NCBI RefSeq assembly: GCF_006345805.1
Contig: NW_021824287.1
Location: 1-19,206, forward strand
Source of the DNA: Octopus sinensis
Taxonomy: Eukaryota
Direction: 5' to 3'
DNA: 19,206 nucleotides
The notes beneath the pieces were generated by a model, which was given only the letters and a program-made list of their open reading frames with translations, searched no databases and had not been told where the DNA came from. Position 1 is the stretch's first letter, and each line of letters opens with the position of its first letter. Positions 1-10,799 of this stretch are shown piece by piece. The position numbers were made by a program, and so were the translations under genes.

Positions 1-98
1 TTATTCCCCCCCTACCTGAGGTTACCGTGGTCTTTTCCGTGGGCTTTTCTTTCCACGGATAAACCTAATCTTACTTCTTACATTTAAAAAATTTCTTC

Positions 99-348
99 TG
101 TGTGTGTGTGTGTGTGTGTGTGTCTGTGTGTTTCTTTGTATCTGTGTTTGTCCCCATTCACTACTTGACAACCGGCGTTGGTATGTTTACGTCCCCGTAA
201 ATTAGTAGTTTGGCGAATGAGACCAATAAAATAAGTACCAGGCTTAAAAAAAACATAAGTTCTGCTGTCGATTCATTCGACTAAAAATTCTTCAAGGCTG
301 TGCTCCAGCATGGCCTCAGTCTAATTACTGAAACAAGTAAGAGATAAA
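99..348 (+). mobile_element. SINE family A, 3' half: (TG)n plus 3' body and tail remnant, no tRNA head
   Basis: 130-348 is the reverse complement of 1024-1235 and 11999-12215 (ttgacaaccg...gtttacgtccccgtaa...tgctccagcatggcc...actgaaacaagtaa), roughly 75-80% identical by eye; carries an extra aattcttcaa (subfamily variant). Confidence 0.85.
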
Positions 349-807
349 ATAGTTCATGAAATGAAATAAAGTTTTTAAAGGCTTTTATTCGTTGGTCGCC
401 GTGTATTTCATCCACCTTTGGAATCGTCGGCACGCCGTAACTCGAGACACAAATTAATTAAGCGAAATTCGACATGACGGAAAACAGTTTATCGCTTAAA
501 AGACATATTTCATATCTTTTTTCTTTTCATACTAAATCGTTAACCGTTTAGCAACAGAGAAAAGCAATTACATTTTTAAGGAGATGTGCGAGTTTGGCCC
601 TTTCTTCCAAGTATTTCTATTCTAGACAGTTTTAGAGCGGCACACATCACATATTCTCAGTTGTCGCGTTTGCATAAAGTATGTCCGCGGTTATAAATAT
701 CACTCAAATCTTTTGTTCGCAACGGTCAGTGGATGGCAACGAGAAAAGTCTCTTCAAACAATTACTAGACACACAAATTGCATTTAGTAGTTTGTGATTT
801 TGAAAAT

Positions 808-867
808 CTTTTACTCGTTTCAGTTATTGGACTACGGCCATACTGGGGCATCGCATTGAAGCGTTTT
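808..867 (-). mobile_element. SINE family A, 3' terminal fragment
   Basis: tcttttactcgtttcagttattggactacggccatactggggcatcgc matches the tail end of the 1024 and 11999 copies (ttttacttgtttcagtcatttgactgcggccatgctggagcaccgc). Confidence 0.7.
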
Positions 868-870
868 GTC

Positions 871-947
871 CTGTGTTTCTCAACCCTTTTTTCCCCAAGG
901 ACCTCTTTGAATCCTATTTTACTTTGCTGGACCCCTCATAGCCATTC
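871..947 (-). mobile_element. hAT (Charlie-like) MITE terminus, same family as 11204-12467
   Basis: Starts ctgtgtttctcaacc (hAT-Charlie-type TIR CAGTGKTTCTCAACC). Aligns without gaps, 50/77 by hand, to the reverse complement of 11463-11498 joined to 12427-12467. Confidence 0.65.
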
Positions 948-1023
948 CGTATTTAAACAGTCCTATTATATTTTTATAATTAAATCTAATTAGGAATTGT
1001 ATAAATAAAGAAAGTTTGAGTAT

Positions 1024-1430
1024 TACTCTTTTACTCTTTTACTTGTTTCAGTTATTTTGACTGTGGCCATGCTGGAGCGCCGCCTTTAGTCAAGAAAATC
1101 GACCCCAGGACTTATTCTTTGTAAGCCTAGTACTTTTTCTATCGGTCTCTTTTGCCGAACCGCTAAGTTACGTGGCCGTAAACACACCAGTATCGGTTGT
1201 CAAGCGATGCTGGGGGGACAAACACAAACACGCAAACACACAGATATATATACATATACATATATATGACGGGCTTGTTTTCAGTTTCCCTCTACCAAAT
1301 CCACTCACAAGGCTTTGGTCGGCCCGAGGCTATAGTAGAAGATACTCGCCCAAGGTGCCACGCAGTGGGACTGAATCCGGAACCATGTGGTTGGTAAGCA
1401 AGCTACTTACCACGCAACCACTCCTGCGCC
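1024..1430 (-). mobile_element. Full-length tRNA-derived CORE-like SINE (family A)
   Basis: Minus strand: GGCGCAGGAGTGGTTGCGTGG (A box), GGATTCAGTCCC (B-box-like), GGCACCTTGGGCGAGT (resembles MIR/CORE GTGACCTTGGGCAAGT), internal TA/TG microsatellite, 3' body, (GAGTAAAA)n tail. About 90% identical by eye to 11999-12405. Confidence 0.9.
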
Positions 1431-1446
1431 TATGGATGAAGAAAAT

Positions 1447-1583
1447 CCTGAGGAAATTTCGAAACTGGGTTTTCATTCCTAGAATCGAACTTGGAATTTC
1501 GAAACTGGGTTTTCACTGCCTAGAATCGAACTTGGAATCTTGGAGTTAGTAGCCCGCGCTCTTAATCACTACACCATATGCTC
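1447..1583 (-). mobile_element. tRNA-like head of a different SINE family, with a 40/41-bp tandem duplication covering the B box
   Basis: Minus strand GCATATGGTGTAGTGATTAAGAGCGCGGGCTACTAACTCCAAGATTCCAAGTTCGATTCTAGG has A-box-like TGGTGTAGTGA and B-box-like AGTTCGATTCT; units 1455-1494 and 1495-1535 are near-identical. Confidence 0.7.
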
Positions 1584-1640
1584 AGAATTTATTGTCAATA
1601 AACTCCAAGGATCTAAAGGACTCCGGTTGTGAACCCCTGC

Positions 1641-1776
1641 TTAAGTCGAGCAAATTGATCCCAGTACTTTTTTTCAAAGTCTATTGCTTATTCCGTAGCG
1701 TTTTGTCGAACCGCTAAGTAAACAAACTAACACTGATTGTAAATAGTAATAGAAGACAAACACAAAAACATAAAGA
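1641..1776 (-). mobile_element. SINE family A, diverged internal/3' fragment
   Basis: ttaagtcgagcaaattgatcccagtac...ttttgtcgaaccgctaagtaaacaaactaacactgattgtaaa...gacaaacaca is colinear with 12060-12205. Confidence 0.65.
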
Positions 1777-2134
1777 CTGTTAATGTTGTTGTTATTGTTG
1801 TTTATTTCCTATAATCAACCAGTAGATATGTATCCAAAGGAACTCCAACTGTTATCATCCCGTCTTTGTTTTATCAAATAACATTCCAAATATGACCATC
1901 CCGACAATTTAAAATGCAGGATCCCATTACTGAATATGTCTTTCCTTCTTCCGAGTCTGCAGGGTATACTTTGAAGAATGATTTTGGCTGGTATTTCTAG
2001 CAAGTTTAGAGACCGGGTACATTCCACCTGGTTGCGTCAGTGTTGTTGCTGCTGCTATTGTTGTTGTTGTTGTTTTCGTTGTTCGTCATGTTGTTGCTCT
2101 TGTTTCCCTCGTTACTATCATTTTTATTATGTCT

Positions 2135-2295
2135 GCAGTTAGGACAAACAGCTTTGAAGTGTCTGTTTTTGGCTCTTCACATTCTTAGTTCAAATCCAGC
2201 CGAGGCCAAATTTGTTTTTATCCTTCCACGGTCAATAGAATAAAATAAAGTACCTCTTAAATACTGGAGTCAATGATACCAACTAATCCTGACTC
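2135..2295 (+). mobile_element. SINE family M (MetaSINE-like domain), copy 1
   Basis: agttcaaatccagccgagg (B-box-like) followed by tttttatccttccacggtcaatagaataaaataaagtacc...tactggagtcaatg; colinear with 2377-2475, 14181-14270 and the reverse complement of 9615-9712. Confidence 0.65.
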
Positions 2296-2304
2296 TGTAA
2301 AATT

Positions 2305-2530
2305 GCTGGTCTTGTGCCTAATCATTACAACATCGGAAAAATGCTTTCCTGTATTTCTTCCGGCTCTTTGTGCTCCGAGATCAAATCCAGCCGAGGTCAA
2401 TTTTGCCTTTTATTCCTCCGGGGTCGATAAAATAAGGTATCTGTCAAATATTGGAGTCGATGTAATTGACTAACTCCTCACCCTCCACACCGTCAAAAAT
2501 TACTGACGTTCTGCCTAAATTAAAAACAAT
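2305..2530 (+). mobile_element. SINE family M (MetaSINE-like domain), copy 2
   Basis: gagatcaaatccagccgaggtcaattttgccttttattcctccggggtcgataaaataaggtatc...ttggagtcgatgtaattgactaac resembles, from recollection, the MetaSINE motif CCTTTCATCCTTYCGRGGTCGATAAAATRAGTACC. Confidence 0.7.
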
Positions 2531-2779
2531 TATTATGACTGCAAACGTTTTTAATGTTGTTGTTGTATTTGCTGTTGTTGTTGTTGTTGCTATTGTTGTA
2601 GTGGCGCTTATAGTCGTGTATGTCATGTCGTTAGAGGTAACGGTGACAATAACACGCAGTCAAGTTAATAATGAGCTGCTTAAGCGGCCATTAAAACCGC
2701 CATATTAATGGTGGTTGAAGAAAAATTCATTGATAGCAGACGATCTTCTCAACTTTCAATGTTGCCATCTTGTTGGTTG

Positions 2780-3238
2780 CTTTTATGATGTGGCTTGTAT
2801 CTCCCCTCACTCTTTCCTAACCCCCTTCTCAGTCTCACTCACGCTATTATCTCTTCTCTATATCACACGCCCTTTCTTTCGACATGTCTACGTATCTCTC
2901 CCTGTCTCTATTTCACACTCTTTTTTCCGTGTTTTCCACTGCTTGGCACCTCCAAACACTTGACTTTCTCACTGAATATCACTATAACATTTGCTGTCTC
3001 TCTCCCTCTGGATCTGTCTTTAATTCCGTATTCTTGTGTTTTATATAATGAAGGAGAATTTTTCCAAATCATCTTATTAATCCTTTTGCCTCAGTCTCTC
3101 TGTCTATCTGTCTGTATGTCTGACTTCTTCTCTCTTTCTCTCATTTCTTCCTCTTCTGTCCTCTTCTGTCCTCTTCTGTCTCTGAAATAGTTTGCCGAAG
3201 TCACTTGTTATCTATCTGTCCGTCTGCCTCTGTCTGTC

Positions 3239-3289
<51 letters not shown>

Positions 3290-3900
3290 CTTTCTCTCTC
3301 CCTGTCTCTCTAGCTCCCCCAAATCATTTATCTGAATATATTTTCCACTTTCTCCTTTTCCCTTTCCATCTAGTCACGTGCAAGTGAATGCGTGCATATA
3401 TGTGTGTACATGGATGCATGCATATGTATGGATGAATATGACTGCGCATGTCTGCATGTGTGTGTGTATGTGTGCATGCGCATGCGTGTAACTGTCTCTT
3501 TCTCCCGCCAATTTATTTCGGTCCCTCTGTCGATCCCTCTCCCTCTCTTACCTATCTCCAATCTATACATTACTAAAATATCCTTCCCAGCTTCTTAGAA
3601 TATTTCATATTTTACAATGTGATTTGTCATTTTAACTACCTTAAAACACAATCCACCTCGTCCTCTCTCACTCCCACCCCCACTCTCACTTTCACTTTCA
3701 CTCTCACCTCCACTCCTCTCATTTCCTTTCTATCTTACTCTCTCGCGAGTGATGTCTCCTATCTCATTCCCTTTCGCGCTTACTCGTAGACAAATCTCAT
3801 CCCAAACCACCGTCTCCCATTTAATCTTTCCATCTCTCTCTCTCTTCACAATTTGGTTTCTCAGATTCTTCCTGTTGTCTTGCTTCCCTCGCTCTTTATC
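2780..3900 (+). repeat. Pyrimidine-rich low-complexity tract with (CT)n at 3243-3300 and 3x ctcttctgtc at 3151-3180
   Basis: Strong C/T skew on the + strand, read directly. Confidence 0.75.
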
Positions 3901-3904
3901 TACG

Positions 3905-5570
<1,666 letters not shown>

Positions 5571-5573
5571 CAC

Positions 5574-5721
5574 ACGACAGGCTTCTTTCATTTTCCGTCT
5601 ACTAAAGTCACTCACAAAGCTTTAGTCAGCCCAAAGCTGTAGTAGAAGACAGTGGTCCAATTTTCCATGCAGTGGGACTGAACCCGGTTGGGTATCAAGC
5701 TTCTTACCACATAGCTACGCC
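5574..5721 (-). mobile_element. SINE family A, 5' half (tRNA head plus CORE-like region) running into (TA)n
   Basis: acgacaggcttctttcattttccgtctac...gcagtgggactgaacccgg...cttaccacatagctacgcc is colinear with 12242-12405, more diverged and with a small deletion. Confidence 0.85.
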
Positions 5722-5767
5722 TGTATGTGTATCTCTCTCTCTCCCTCTCTCTCTCTCTCACTCCCCC

Positions 5768-5805
<38 letters not shown>

Positions 5806-6379
5806 TAAGGTATGTAGAAAAATACAACATGGACAAGAACGTATAACTCTTAGAAGACGATACAATAAACACGGACAGGACATTCGAAACCCTCAGTCTT
5901 CAGTCAAGAACCGGATCATCGTAGTAATTTCGGCTGATTAATCTTGAGATTACTAGATCACGGCCAGCCCTCCAAGAAAAACTAAGCAACGAGCATTAGA
6001 AAAACTAAGCTGGGAGCGTAGATTTCCTGGAAGAAGGATCGAATGCATACGAACACCGGGACAGCAAAAGGGACGAATCCTTACACACGTTTAGACGCCA
6101 TGTTCATTGTCAATATCTGTTCGTTATTATTGCTGTTCCTGCTAATGTTGTTTGTTCTTTACTCAAATCTTCTTTCGTGTTGTTGCTGTTATTAGTCGTT
6201 TTATATTTATTGTTGTGGTTGTAGTTGTTGTTGTTTAGTTTCTCTTCCATTCTCCCCGTTTGTTGTGAGTTGCCAAGAGTTCTAAAAATTCCAGAACGTG
6301 AAAGAGAGAGAGAGAGATGATGCAGTGTAGATATAAAGAGTATGTTTAAGAAATGAGTGTCAATGAGGTTTGTGTGAAA

Positions 6380-6772
6380 GGTATACATATATGTGAGTGT
6401 GAGTGTACATGTGTGTATGCGTGTCTGTATGCATACGTATGTATATTTGTGTGTATAGGTATATATATATATATATGCATATATACATATATATATACTT
6501 ATATATAATAAATTATATATATATATATATTTATATATATATACACATACATACACACATGCATACATATATACATACATACACACATACATCTATACAC
6601 ACATACATACACACTTACATGCATATATACATACACACATACACATGCATACACACGCATACATACCCACATGCATGCATACATACATACATACATCCAT
6701 ACACATACATACATACATGCATACATACATACATACGTACAAACATGCATAAAGACACACACACATTCATTC
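6380..6772. repeat. (TG)/(TA)/(CATA)n compound microsatellite
   Basis: Directly visible. Confidence 0.9.
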
Positions 6773-6979
6773 AAACAACATTCGCTGTTAGATCTGCTAC
6801 ACATGATTCGCTTTCAATGTTGAAGGTTTCTTTAGGACTAGCTGCGCTTGTGAGAAATGTCGAAAGCAGAAAGTTGGTACAAATGTTATCTACAAACTGA
6901 AAAGAACATCATACATCAGGCTTCGCAATTAGAATTTGGTGTGGCCTTTAGAGTATAACCCACTCTGATTGGATAATTA

Positions 6980-7140
6980 TTTTACTTTCTTCAGTCCTTG
7001 CATTGCGGCCATGCTGGGGCACCGTTTTAGAGTGTCTAAGTCGATCATATCATATCAACTGCAGCACATACATAGTACGATCTAATACTTATCGGTATCC
7101 GTTTATCAAACCGCAAATATTATGTAGATAAATAAACAAA
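6980..7140 (-). mobile_element. SINE family A, old diverged 3' fragment
   Basis: ttttactttcttcagtcc...ttgcggccatgctggggcaccg...aagtcgatc...atcggtatcc...aaaccgcaa is colinear with the tail and body of family A. Confidence 0.6.
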
Positions 7141-7262
7141 TACGTAGATATTCATATACACACAGACACACTCACATGTAAGTACTTAAAACAGTTGAGA
7201 AAGAGTGACGATATTAAGCTGGTAGTACTCGCTTGCGAGTGACGTCTAAGCTATACACTCCA

Positions 7263-7358
7263 CATACATCCATGCATACATACATTCATACGTACATACA
7301 TCCATGCATACATACATTCATACGTACATACATCCATGCATACATACATTCATACGTA
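7263..7358 (+). repeat. 32-bp minisatellite, three perfect copies
   Basis: catacatccatgcatacatacattcatacgta at 7263-7294, 7295-7326 and 7327-7358. Confidence 0.95.
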
Positions 7359-7489
7359 CATACATATATACGTAACACACACGCACACACATATACAGAT
7401 ATATACAAATATTGGCTTACGAGAAAAATAATTCCGATTTTCTAAAGAAAATTTTAGTGTATTAAAAAGAATTTTGCAGGCTGCTCCCC

Positions 7490-7740
7490 CCCCCACACAC
7501 ACACATACACAAGCATACACACGCGCACACACACACATACACACACATACACAAGTATACACACACGCACGCACACACATACACGAGCATACACACACGC
7601 ACACAGACACACATCCTAGATTTTGATAATCACACGCAAAAATGAATATATTTTACAAACCTCTCTCTCCTTTTATGTCTTTCTTTCTTTCTTTCTTTAC
7701 CTCCTTTCTGTCTTTCTTTCTTTCTTTCTTTCTTTCTGTC
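7490..7740. repeat. Degenerate (CA)n (7490-7615) and (TTTC)n (7678-7738)
   Basis: Directly visible. Confidence 0.9.
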
Positions 7741-8046
7741 TACCCACCCCACACATATCTACACATAAATGCATACTCATGCACGTGGCATATAATCCTT
7801 CTATTTTCATGCAATACAATCCGTTTTGTTCGTTTCATAACGAATTTTAGACGAAAACATCAAATTATATAATCCACCATTTTTGGCATTCTAACTCTGC
7901 CTCTTAGATTCCTATTCTGCAAACTATATTCTGTGTGTCTTATCTTGCAGCACCAATTCCTGCTTCATCTCTATCAATTCCTAATAGGAAAAAAATATCG
8001 GTTCCTAACATAGATCCATATCTTGGGGTTTAGAAGGTAAGATATA

Positions 8047-8085
8047 GTCTAAAGCATCGGTCCTCAACCGCGGCGGCCCACGACG
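8047..8085 (+). mobile_element. Possible hAT-Charlie MITE left-end remnant
   Basis: catcggtcctcaaccgcgg resembles the TIR at 11204 and 871; preceded by gtctaaag, which fits the Charlie target consensus NTCTARAN. Short, no partner end found. Confidence 0.35.
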
Positions 8086-8325
8086 TTCTTTTATTCTTTT
8101 ATTCTTCTTCTGTTCTTTTATTCTATTCTTTTTTTCTTCTACTCGTTTACTTGTTTTAGGCATTTGACTGCGACCATGTTGGAGCACTGTCTTTAGTCGA
8201 GCAAATCGACCCCAGGATTTATTCTTTGTAAGCCTAGTTAAGTTACGGGGACGTAAACGCACCAACATCGGATGTCAAGCGATGGTGGGAGGACAAACAC
8301 ATTCACAGAAAACACCACACACCAT
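8086..8325 (-). mobile_element. SINE family A, 3' half with a long variant (GAATAAAA)n tail
   Basis: tttacttgttttaggcatttgactgcgaccatgttggagcactgtctttagtcgagcaaatcgaccccagg...gttacggggacgtaaacgcaccaacatcggatgtcaagcgatg...ggacaaacac matches the 11999 copy, with an internal deletion after agcctagt. Confidence 0.9.
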
Positions 8326-8807
8326 ATATATATATATATATTATATATATTATATATATATACATACACATATATATATATTCTTCTTAAGAAAAATATA
8401 TTTTCATATAAATTAAACATTGTATCATGAATAGCGATTGCGAAACCGGTCATACATAAAACATTATACAATAACCATGTAAGTGTGCGTATTTTCCGTT
8501 TTTATTTTTCTTATATATATATATATGTGTGTGTGTGTATATATATATATATACATATATGTTAATAAAATAGAACATATGCATATATATAAACATATAT
8601 GTACGTACCTACCTCTACATGTACATATACACGCATATATGTGTACAGGACACCAAAAAGACGTCGAACACATAGAGAGACGAAAAACATAGACACAAAC
8701 CAAGGAACAACAAGCAAAAAAAGGAGATACAGGACAATAAGCACAACGAAAAATCCCCTTCTTCAGTCGCTAAGGTTTCATCTACTAAACGTTTCGAAGG
8801 ATATATA

Positions 8808-8861
<54 letters not shown>

Positions 8862-8868
<7 letters not shown>

Positions 8869-9112
8869 AATTAAGACAAACCCTATTATGCAAATCAAAC
8901 AAAGAAAGACTTAAAGCCAATACATAAAATATTATATAAATTAAAATTAACAAATGAATAACCACTACGATCGTTTCGTGTCAGTACATCTTAGACATTC
9001 TTCAGTGGTTATTCATTTGTTAAATTTTAAGTTAATAAATTAGTTTATGTTTGGCTTAAGTCTTTTCTTTTTTGATTTGCATAATAGTGGTTTTGTCTCT
9101 ATTTATTATAAT
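8862..9112. repeat. Long imperfect inverted repeat (foldback), arms ~105-109 bp, 37-nt spacer; possible MITE
   Basis: Arm 8862-8966 (attataataattaagacaaaccctattatgcaaatcaaac...caaatgaataaccact) is the reverse complement of 9004-9112 (agtggttattcatttg...tttgatttgcataatagtggttttgtctctatttattataat), about 85% by eye. Confidence 0.9.
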
Positions 9113-9229
9113 ATATATTTTATTATAAAATTGGATTCAATCTTAAATCTTATTTTCCTTATAAATTTGGATTTATTCCTATATTTATTATTAATTTATA
9201 TATATATATCTATAATATATATTATATAT

Positions 9230-9263
<34 letters not shown>

Positions 9264-9264
9264 G

Positions 9265-9299
<35 letters not shown>

Positions 9300-9307
9300 T
9301 ATATAAA

Positions 9308-9471
9308 CACGACAGGCTTCTTTCAGTTTCCGTCTACCGAATCCACTTATAAGGCTTTTGTCGGGAGAGGCTACAGTAGACGACACTTGCCCAAGGTGCC
9401 ACGCAGTAGGACTGAATCCGGAACAATGTGGTTGGTAAGAAATCTATTTACCACATAGCTACTCCGGTGCC
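9308..9471 (-). mobile_element. SINE family A, 5' half (tRNA head plus CORE-like region)
   Basis: cacgacaggcttctttcagtttccgtctaccgaatccac...gacacttgcccaaggtgccacgcagtaggactgaatccggaacaatgtggttggtaag...ggtgcc is colinear with 12242-12405. Confidence 0.9.
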
Positions 9472-9614
9472 TCTATAAATATAATAGATTTTTACTTTAA
9501 CTGACTTGTGTTTTAGCTTTTCGGTGCGACCTCCTAAAACAATCCAGGTTTTGGATCTGGCCCGAATATTAACATGGGAACCATTGGTTTACAAAATCCG
9601 AAGCCCTCAACATG

Positions 9615-9712
9615 AATTGGTGCCTTATTTTATCCATCCCCTGAGACGAAAGAAAAAAGCAAAAATAAATAAGCAACAATCAACCTCAATGGAATTGAGC
9701 CTTACAGAAGTA
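9615..9712 (-). mobile_element. SINE family M (MetaSINE-like), diverged copy
   Basis: ttggtgccttattttatccatcccctgagacgaaag...gcaaaa...tcaacctcaatggaattgag is the reverse complement of the family M core, with a short insertion. Confidence 0.5.
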
Positions 9713-9759
9713 CGTACTGGAACGAAGACTTTTATAAAGTACTTTGCTGGTTCTACTGC

Positions 9760-10335
9760 TGTTGCTGCTGTTGAGCGAAGCGGTATTCGTCCTCTTGGGA
9801 GAAGTCCGAAACGTGGTCCTTTGCTATTCGTAAGACCCGCAGAAGAGAAAGCAGGGCAACCTCCGACACCGAGAGCATCGACGGATGGATGAATGCGCAT
9901 CCAGGCTCAGCGGTTGCGTAGGAGCAAAAACACCTAAGCTCCACGAGGCTCCAGCGGAGGGGTGGGTAGTGAACCCCGCTGTACTCATTCACCACAACTT
10001 TCTCTCACTCTTTCTTCCTACTTCTGCCACAAAGCAGAGGAACCATGGTGTAACCAACTATGGTGTGGTAAACTTTCAGACCATAGTCTAGATTGAGAAA
10101 TCTCTGTACCCCTAGGATGGTTCAGCTCTCCACCCGTTAAAAGCCACCGTTTACAGAATGAGGATAACAACGTAGCTTTCGCGCCCGTGCAACCGCCAGT
10201 CTAACGCGTATGGTGGGTGGATCTTCAAGTTGCCACACGCATTCTTAGTAGCTTAGAGGAGGCTTGAATTAGAAATTATTCTTTGTGGCTAATGGCGTGA
10301 GTCCTGACTGGAAGAAGAACAAGAACAACATTAGG
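9760..10335. mobile_element. Probable composite of retroposon fragments (GC-richer island bounded by simple-repeat tails)
   Basis: (CTG/TTG) run at 9756-9773 and gaagaagaacaagaacaac at 10311-10329 look like 3' tails. 9924-10026 resembles the body of an Octopus SINE as I recall it. Single copy in the window, so unverified. Confidence 0.35.
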
Positions 10336-10337
10336 CG

Positions 10338-10393
10338 ACATCATCATCATCATCATCATCATCGCCACCACCACCACCACCAGCACCATCACT

Positions 10394-10424
<31 letters not shown>

Positions 10425-10455
10425 ACAATAACAACAACGACTACAACAACAATTC
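10338..10455 (+). repeat. Trinucleotide mosaic (CAT)n-(CAC)n-(CAT)n-(CAA)n
   Basis: Directly visible. Confidence 0.95.
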
Positions 10456-10660
10456 TAAGCGACGGTCTGTCGAATCTTCTATGGAAAAAAAACTGTGATC
10501 AGGTGTTCAATCCGAAACAAGGTGCTGCGTGTAATATCAAGTCTCTAACTCTGGTCTCGTTCACACCATTAACAATTCGTTCGTTCGTTCCCCAACCCAC
10601 ACTCGATGAAAGATTATCTGCTCTTGTCTTTTTGACACTTCTTTATTTCTGCTCTATATG

Positions 10661-10672
10661 GCCGCCATTTTC
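10661..10672 (-). promoter_or_regulatory. YY1/Pho-type motif GCCGCCATTTTC (also 14754-14765 on +, 15034-15044 on -)
   Basis: Matches the established YY1 consensus (G)CCGCCATNTT; no functional evidence. Confidence 0.3.
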
Positions 10673-10699
10673 GTATATATTTAAAAAAAAAAGCTATTT

Positions 10700-10730
10700 A
10701 TCTTTCTGTCTATCTATCTATCTATCTATG

Positions 10731-10799
<69 letters not shown>

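Noticed and set aside
25-59. Small hairpin tccgtgg/ccacgga with a T-rich context, terminator-like
   Set aside because: Only a 7-bp stem at the window edge in eukaryotic DNA; intrinsic terminators do not apply.
1172-1549. Similar ORFs at 1172-1549, 1197-1397, 12171-12443, 12181-12372, 8005-8268 and 11980-12177 that look like a paralogous small-protein family
   Set aside because: The similarity comes from SINE family A DNA; starts and ends differ between copies, with no sign of coding constraint.
1520-1583. Possible tRNA gene on the minus strand (also the heads at 12335-12405 and 1360-1430, and the lone ggttcgactcc at 13743-13753)
   Set aside because: A and B boxes are present but the acceptor and anticodon stems do not pair into a cloverleaf; these are SINE heads, and the 13743 box has no matching A box or stems.
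5881-5980. Penelope/hammerhead-like motifs on the minus strand (GGCUG...CAGCC-GAAA, CUGAAGA), and similar CGAAACG...CUGAAGA at 8761-8800
   Set aside because: No CUGANGA precedes the putative stem II, motif order and register do not fit types I-III, and no stem I forms; possibly degenerate repeat remnants.
6770-6899. Candidate minus-strand exon after ttcttttcag (FVDNICTNFLLSTF...), and an isolated minus-strand donor G|GTAAGT near 4628-4635
   Set aside because: No recognisable homology, no matching donor/acceptor pair, and such sites are expected by chance in 19 kb.
7263-7358. CRISPR-like regular 32-bp repeats
   Set aside because: Contiguous tandem copies with no spacers and no cas genes, in a eukaryotic context.
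7951-8036. Candidate + strand exon (tatcttgcag|...aag|gtaaga)
   Set aside because: Stop codons in all three frames; a non-coding exon cannot be excluded without RNA data.
9768-9825. Hammerhead-ribozyme-like core CUGUUGA...C-GAAAC-GUG-GUC
   Set aside because: Conserved A6 is U, and stems I and II cannot be formed beyond one pair. An Infernal or RNAmotif hammerhead search on the family consensus would be decisive.
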